Of a stretch of 64,000 bases of DNA, positions 59,012 through 64,000 are shown piece after piece. Source of the stretch: a virus; IMG/VR virus record IMGVR_UViG_3300042453_003743, positions 32,001-96,000 of that record. One strand, given 5' to 3'. The stretch's first letter is position 1. Each line of letters starts with the position of its first letter. Position numbers and translations under genes: made by a program. The notes under the pieces are model-generated. The model did no database searches and had not been told where the DNA came from. It saw only the letters and a list, made by a program, of their open reading frames with translations.

Positions 59012-61252
59012 ATGAACACTTCTCTCTCCATCTTCGCCCGCGCTCTCGCAACCGAAAACCTCTCGTTCTCGTTCGATGCCAACGCAGACACCGCATCGTT
59101 CGACACCAAGAGCCGTCACCTCGTCATGCCCGTGTGGGATGTCTCCGACACCCTTCAGACCATGCTTGTCGCCCATGAGATCAGCCACGCCCTGTGGACT
59201 CCCCATGAGCGCAGTCAGGAGTTGCTGACGCAGGCGGAGAAGGACGGCTACTGCATCAAACTCCTCCACCACATTGCGAATGTCATTGAGGATGTCCGCA
59301 TTGAGAAGTTGATGAAGGCCAAGTACCCCGGCACCCGCAGAGACTTCTTCTTGGGCTACAAGGAGATCGTGGATGCCGACCTGTTCAAGTTCAAGTCGAT
59401 GGACTTGAAGAACACCAACATCATCAACCGACTCAACCTCCACTTCAAGTGGGGTGTCCCCGGCTTCCTGCCCATCGACCTCAACGCGGACGAGAACGAG
59501 ATCGCCATGTTGGTCGATGCCGTTCAGACCTTCGATCAGGGGTTTGAGTTGGCAAAGCACCTCTACAAGCATCCTTCCATGAAGGATATGCGCGAGAAGT
59601 ACGAGGCGCAGGCTGAAAAGCAGAAGAAGTCCTCCGGCACGGACGGGGATCAGGATGATGACGGCACGATGTCGCAGACTGATCTTTCGGACAGCAATCT
59701 TGGCATGGTCGATATGCCCTGTGAGTTCGGTCGCAAGAACGGCGAGAAGTTCCACGCCACGACCCTGACCATCAGCCCGGTGGTCAAGATCGAAAACAAC
59801 ATCATCACCACCGACGAGATGCTTGAGTCCTACGAGGACGCGATCATCGGAAACCCGTATGGGAATCCCACGCTTGACTTGACCAACTACCGCTCCTTCG
59901 TCAAGGAGTCCGATGCGTTCGTTCGCCAGTTGGTCGCGCAGTTTGAGCGTCGCAAGGCTGCGGACGAGATTCGCCGTGAGCGGCCCAAGCAGACCGGGAT
60001 GCTGAACCTTGACCGCCTCCACCAGTTCCGCACCCACGATGACATCTTCCTGTCCAAGATCATCAAGCAGGACGGCAAGAATCACGGCATCGTGTTCTTG
60101 ATCGACTTCTCCGGGTCTATGACCACCGTGCTTGACCATTGCATCCTTCAGGTGTTCCAGTTGGTTTGGTTCTGCGAGAAGGCCAAGATTCCGTTTGAGG
60201 TGTTCGGCTTCACCAACATGAACCTGATCGGCAACCGTGGCAAGGAGGAGGATGAGCGGCACCGCAAGTTCTGCCGCCAACACTCCATTGAGGAGCGGTA
60301 TGTTCCGCTGTACCCCACCGAAACGCAGAACCCTCGCCCGGACAGCATTGTGTGCGGCAACACCCGGCTCATTTCGTTGGCTTCGTCGGCTGATTCGCCT
60401 GCCAAGCGTGAGCGTCTGCTTGCCTTTATCTACGAGTCCTCCGTGCAGCGTACTCGCAGTCAGGTGTTCTCGCTTGGTGGTACTCCGACCGTGGAGGCCA
60501 TGATCCTCACCACTCAATACATGAAGAAGTGGGTGCAGGACAACAATGTGCAGATTCCGACCCTGATGCTCGTCACCGATGGACAGCCCAACGGTGTCTC
60601 GTTGGACCCGACCTCGCCCATGTATTCGGATGTGCCGTATCAGATTCGGGAGAATATGTCCCTCATGGTCCGCAACGACATCCTTCAGACCATGACCCGC
60701 ATCGACAACAAGGAACACGACGGCATGGGCTTGGGCAATGTGGTGGTGTCCGTGATGCTTGATGATCTTCGTCAGACGATGAACGCGAGGACTGTCGGTA
60801 TGTATGTGGGTGGTCGCACCTTCAACGATTCGCTCTACCGTGGCTTCTGCCTTCTGCCGCAAGACCATGAGCAGATGGACAGGATCATTGAGCAGGCACG
60901 AAAGAATGGAGATTGGAGAGCGACGATAAGCCTCCGCGAAAGCCCCCGCTACGAGATGGCTCAACAGCAGTACATGAGTGAGGGGTGCATCATCCTCCCC
61001 ACCGTGAGCAACCCCGGCTACGATGCCTTCTTCCTCATCAAGACTCCCAAGATCGTCAAGGACGAGGAGGCGATTGTGGAGAGCGGAACCTTCGTCAAGG
61101 TGAAGAACACCTTCGTCAAGACGATGGGCAAGAGAGCCGGGAGCCGTGTGTTCCTCTCCAAGTATGTTGACATCGTGGCGGGTCAGCCTGTGCCAAAGAA
61201 CGGGGGCAAGTTGTACGACCTCCCCGCCCACAACGGACTTGAAAGAAAGTAA
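59012..61252 (+). CDS. HExxH metallopeptidase-like + VWA domain protein (CobT-like MoxR partner)
   Basis: HEISHALWT, NVIEDVRIEK, MIDAS DFSGSM, GGTP, VTDG; leaderless promoter at 58977. Confidence 0.9.
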   Translation: MNTSLSIFARALATENLSFSFDANADTASFDTKSRHLVMPVWDVSDTLQTMLVAHEISHALWTPHERSQELLTQAEKDGYCIKLLHHIANVIEDVRIEKLMKAKYPGTRRDFFLGYKEIVDADLFKFKSMDLKNTNIINRLNLHFKWGVPGFLPIDLNADENEIAMLVDAVQTFDQGFELAKHLYKHPSMKDMREKYEAQAEKQKKSSGTDGDQDDDGTMSQTDLSDSNLGMVDMPCEFGRKNGEKFHATTLTISPVVKIENNIITTDEMLESYEDAIIGNPYGNPTLDLTNYRSFVKESDAFVRQLVAQFERRKAADEIRRERPKQTGMLNLDRLHQFRTHDDIFLSKIIKQDGKNHGIVFLIDFSGSMTTVLDHCILQVFQLVWFCEKAKIPFEVFGFTNMNLIGNRGKEEDERHRKFCRQHSIEERYVPLYPTETQNPRPDSIVCGNTRLISLASSADSPAKRERLLAFIYESSVQRTRSQVFSLGGTPTVEAMILTTQYMKKWVQDNNVQIPTLMLVTDGQPNGVSLDPTSPMYSDVPYQIRENMSLMVRNDILQTMTRIDNKEHDGMGLGNVVVSVMLDDLRQTMNARTVGMYVGGRTFNDSLYRGFCLLPQDHEQMDRIIEQARKNGDWRATISLRESPRYEMAQQQYMSEGCIILPTVSNPGYDAFFLIKTPKIVKDEEAIVESGTFVKVKNTFVKTMGKRAGSRVFLSKYVDIVAGQPVPKNGGKLYDLPAHNGLERK

Positions 61253-61266
61253 GTAATATTAGGTAC

Positions 61267-61308
61267 GCCCCCACCAGGAAGGAGAGAGCCTGGTGGGGGT
61301 TTTCTTTT
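61267..61308 (+). terminator. Intrinsic terminator after the VWA gene
   Basis: CCCCCACCAGG-loop-CCTGGTGGGGG-TTTTCTTTT. Confidence 0.85.
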
Positions 61309-61309
61309 G

Positions 61310-62206
61310 TCAAGAACAAAAATTATTATTTCCAGAAAATAATAATTTTGATAGTAGTACTGATAGTACTCGGATCGGATAGTAGTTATTTGGACGCACC
61401 AAGTATATTGTACCATGCCGGATTCCCGGTGTCAAGCCCCCCTGTTATCGTCTTATCGGACTCCCCTTGACAAACTTCCGACCCCGTGGTACAATCGTAT
61501 TGGTGGACAAAATAATTGAATAGTTTATCAGACTTAGAACACAGGCCGGTGCTCAGAGGGTTATCGGACTTGTATTCAATTGCTTGACAACCCCTATATC
61601 TGGTGTATAGTTACCAGACTGTTCATGCGACTGATAACCCCCCAGCCCCCTGTGAGTACTGATCGTTATGGGGCGGGGGGTTATCGGGCGTTATTCTACC
61701 TGATTATTACCGGTCTGTCCCTCCTGGTTATATACTGGGCGGTTATCGGACTTGGAAAAATTATTCAGAATAATAACGGACAGGATTCAGAGGGACAGGA
61801 TCCAGGAAAGACGGCTCACTACTATCAGGGCGGGGTCCTCCAGATGCTCAGATACGCCAGGTCCCTCCCCACAGATTAAAAATAATAATTTCCGGACAGG
61901 ATTGAAACGGACATCCAGGAAACACCTGGACAGGATTCAAATTGTCGGACAGGATTGAGAAATTGTTAAAATTTCTCAAAATTTGTCAAATTTCTTTGAA
62001 AATTTGTAATTATTTGCTTGACAGCCTATAATGCCCTATAAGGCGTCGGTTTAAAAGAGGGCTCGGAGGGGTCTTTAAGGACTTGGAGGGGCTTGGAGGG
62101 CATTGTAAGACGATTAAAGGGGTGTTAGAGGGTGGGTCTGTAACTCCAAATTTCTCAAATATTCTTCAATATTCTTTACCCCACTCACTCCCACTCTCCC
62201 CCACCT
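61310..62206. other. Non-coding repeat-rich region, candidate replication origin
   Basis: Five GGACAGGAT repeats, several GTTATCGG boxes, divergent promoters, phased AAATTT tract at about 61960-62010. Confidence 0.5.
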
Positions 62207-62644
62207 TTACCCCTCATTGACAGGCTCAATATTCTCCATATCAGCCTTATCAATAACATAGGCTGGTATGGTTTTCTTTCCTTCTATTGAGTGTGCTTTC
62301 TTTATTCTATTCAACCCGTCTGTAATCGAAATAGTACCGTCTTCCTGCCTTATGCCCAATACGGGTACGCTGGTATCAGCCTTTTCCATTCTTTTCTTGT
62401 GTTGAGGATTATCCATGTCATATTGCTTGTCCCACCATTCCAAAGCGTCTGTTTCTTTGATGGGCAAATCTTTTACGAAAAATTCTTTCTTTGATTTGGC
62501 GAAATCGTAGATGTCCTTGACTCGGTACTTCTTCCCAGTCTCGTCATTGGTGGCGATTTGTTGATCCCAATTTTCTACCTGTCCCTTCTTGGGCGTGTCG
62601 AGGTAGGGGTCATAATTTTCTAAAAATTGTTTGAAATTTTTCAT
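62207..62644 (-). CDS. ParB/sulfiredoxin-like domain protein with capsid-targeting-like N-terminus
   Basis: Start MKNFKQFLE; ADTSVPVL...ITDGLNRIKKA...IPAYVI. Confidence 0.75.
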   Translation of the reverse strand: MKNFKQFLENYDPYLDTPKKGQVENWDQQIATNDETGKKYRVKDIYDFAKSKKEFFVKDLPIKETDALEWWDKQYDMDNPQHKKRMEKADTSVPVLGIRQEDGTISITDGLNRIKKAHSIEGKKTIPAYVIDKADMENIEPVNEG

Positions 62645-63186
62645 TCTTTGGTTCCGTGTATGATTCCATGTTCGATTCTGGCATTTGGGAAAACTTTTCT
62701 GACTTCTGGTAGATGGGCTGCGGTAGTCATGTTGTTCTGCCATGAATCTTTCTTTGTTTGCTTGCCCTGACCTGTTCTATCCCCTTCGTAAATGGAAATA
62801 AAGATTCTTCCACCGGGCTTGAGGGTTGAGTGTGCGGTTTTCAGGGCTTCGTGTCTGTATTCGGGTTCCTTGATGACATTCAGCACATTGAACAGAGATG
62901 CGCTGTCTGCCCCTTCCTTACCCACTTCCTGCATGACCTTCGTATTGTGTTCTTCCGGGCGGTTGAAGGGATCAAAGACATGAGCCTTGACTCCCAATTT
63001 TTCTAAAAATTCCACGGCGTTGTCAAACTTTCCGCCTCCGATGTCAATGTGCGTAGTGTCGGGCTTCCATCCCATTTTTCTGTGTATGGTGGTGTAGGCT
63101 TCGGGGAGTTTGGTCTTGTTGATGCTGGTTGCGGCAGAGGTGAACTCTTGGGCATCCTCAACAAGGAAATTTTTGAAACTTTTCAT
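62641..63186 (-). CDS. Class I SAM-dependent methyltransferase with capsid-targeting-like N-terminus
   Basis: Start MKSFKNFLVE behind late promoter CATAAATA; IDIGGGKF, FDPFNR, NVLNVI, LKPGG. Confidence 0.82.
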   Translation of the reverse strand: MKSFKNFLVEDAQEFTSAATSINKTKLPEAYTTIHRKMGWKPDTTHIDIGGGKFDNAVEFLEKLGVKAHVFDPFNRPEEHNTKVMQEVGKEGADSASLFNVLNVIKEPEYRHEALKTAHSTLKPGGRIFISIYEGDRTGQGKQTKKDSWQNNMTTAAHLPEVRKVFPNARIEHGIIHGTKE

Positions 63187-63243
63187 CAATCTATTTATGA
63201 GTCGAATGCTTGACACTCTTGGGTAATGGGGTATAGTTAACCC

Positions 63244-63516
63244 ATGCGAAACGAAAAGACTACCGCTGGGAACAAGGCCGCACAGGAGTTTCTGAAGGAT
63301 CAGAGCATCGCTGACCTCAAGGCCGAGATCATTCGTCTGAATGACAAGATTCATGCCATGCGCTCCGTTTTGTGGGAGTGGAATGTCTCGTCCGGGCCTG
63401 TGTGGGAATATTGGAAGTTGGCAAAGGTTGGAGAAACCGCCGAGGACTATTCCCATTGGACCGAGGACTATTTTGATTCTGACGACGACATCCCCCTTCC
63501 CCCCGAACAGGAGTAA
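63244..63516 (+). CDS. Hypothetical early protein (leaderless)
   Basis: TTGACA(63210)-16-TATAGT-6-ATG. Confidence 0.7.
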   Translation: MRNEKTTAGNKAAQEFLKDQSIADLKAEIIRLNDKIHAMRSVLWEWNVSSGPVWEYWKLAKVGETAEDYSHWTEDYFDSDDDIPLPPEQE

Positions 63517-63518
63517 AC

Positions 63519-63704
63519 ATGACTACCAAAATGAAAAAGAAAAAGACTACACCCGTAAAGACTCTTAAACTTTTCCCCGAGGCTGGTGTGTTGGGTCTGC
63601 TGACCGACGTTGCCATCACCTCCATGATGCTTGGCGTTGCGTTCATGATGCTTCTGCTTTGCTTGCAGATGGCCGAGAAAGTAACCATCACCTTTGGAAA
63701 GTAA
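63519..63704 (+). CDS. Small membrane protein
   Basis: Basic N-terminus plus hydrophobic helix; AGGAG Shine-Dalgarno. Confidence 0.6.
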   Translation: MTTKMKKKKTTPVKTLKLFPEAGVLGLLTDVAITSMMLGVAFMMLLLCLQMAEKVTITFGK

Positions 63705-63709
63705 ATCAC

Positions 63710-64000
63710 ATGAACAAGACAATCGCTACCAAATGGGTCAAGGCTCTTCGTTCAGGAAAGTATAAACAAGGTGACAATTATCTTTGTCAGATCAGCAGCA
63801 AGGGCATAAAGCACTGCTGCTTGGGTGTGCTGACGGAGATTTATCAGACCGAGCAGATAGCAAAGAAGAAAAAGACTCTTCCGGCAAAAATTGTCAAGAT
63901 GTATAAGAATGCCCCATTCGATGTCGTAAAGTATGGCAATGGCAAGAGTTCTGCCGAGGAACTTCCCCTCGCTGTTCAGCGTTGGGCTGACATGGATGGC
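63710..64000 (+). CDS. Conserved phage hypothetical protein (partial)
   Basis: Manual translation MNKTIATKWVKALRSGKYKQG...HCCLGVL; open to the window end. Confidence 0.75.
   Translation, partial: MNKTIATKWVKALRSGKYKQGDNYLCQISSKGIKHCCLGVLTEIYQTEQIAKKKKTLPAKIVKMYKNAPFDVVKYGNGKSSAEELPLAVQRWADMDG

Larger units (their letters stand above)
49296..61508. repeat. Dispersed family of 11 sigma70 promoters with conserved downstream (C/A)TACTTGGT-like tail
   Basis: -35 hexamers at 49328(-), 49348(+), 50413(+), 50880(-), 51293(+), 52523(+), 52630(-), 53918(+), 54491(+), 57306(+), 61430(-), 61467(+). The copy at 49348 is the most degenerate and is not counted among the 11. Confidence 0.85.

Noticed and set aside
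57700-61231. Long minus-strand ORFs (332 aa and 777 aa)
   Set aside because: Antisense shadows of the GC-rich AAA+ and VWA genes; no motifs, and expected from codon bias.
57424-61252. Cobalamin-synthesis (cobS/cobT) auxiliary metabolic genes
   Set aside because: No cobN or other B12 genes; this is the generic MoxR-VWA pair of T4-like phages, so no cob symbol was assigned.
49296-61508. CRISPR array or mini-array reading of the repeated elements
   Set aside because: Repeats are promoter-shaped, dispersed, on both strands and irregularly spaced; no cas genes in the window.
61580-61958. ORFs of 99 aa and 68 aa in the repeat region
   Set aside because: TTG starts, built from the repeat boxes and a long hairpin; more simply explained as non-coding, though the hydrophobic stretch in the first cannot be fully excluded.
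1-64000. Stop-codon reassignment
   Set aside because: Core genes are full length in the standard code and no suppressor tRNA is seen; the single in-frame TAA after gp14 is followed by its own GGAG and ATG.

Overview
A 64-kb segment of a T4-like (Tevenvirinae/Kyanoviridae-style) myophage genome with two compositionally distinct parts. Bases 1 to about 49,200 are AT-rich. They carry uvsY/uvsW, the head, neck, tail and baseplate block (gp3, gp23-20, two gp19, gp18-13, gp6/7/25/53/48/4/54/26/51), gp32, gp33, Cys-rich and Gly-x-Thr-rich putative virion proteins, glycosyltransferases, a deaminase, a DenV-like glycosylase and GMP reductase, mostly behind T4-type late promoters (TAAATA). Bases about 49,300-61,250 switch abruptly to GC-rich, host-like coding. 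This part holds about 20 small early genes, a MoxR/CobS-type AAA+ ATPase with a VWA partner, and four tRNAs (Lys-UUU, Leu-CAA, Arg-UCU, Ile-UAU). The early region is built from a repeated regulatory kit: 15 consensus sigma70 promoters with the ATG exactly 6 nt after the -10 box (leaderless mRNAs), 11 further promoters with no adjacent gene and a conserved CTACTTGGT-like tail, plus three repeated DNA boxes and a duplicated hairpin-terminator-promoter module. A non-coding, repeat-rich stretch at 61,253-62,206 is an origin candidate. Other notable signals: a pervasive G-x-T motif across virion proteins (possible glycosylation sequon), gp14 split by an RCC1 plus trypsin-like protease insertion, a probable -1 frameshift joining gp26 to gp51, an internal promoter giving a short AAA+ isoform, and several enzymes with capsid-targeting-like N-termini. 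All protein assignments come from motif recognition and synteny; no database searches were run.
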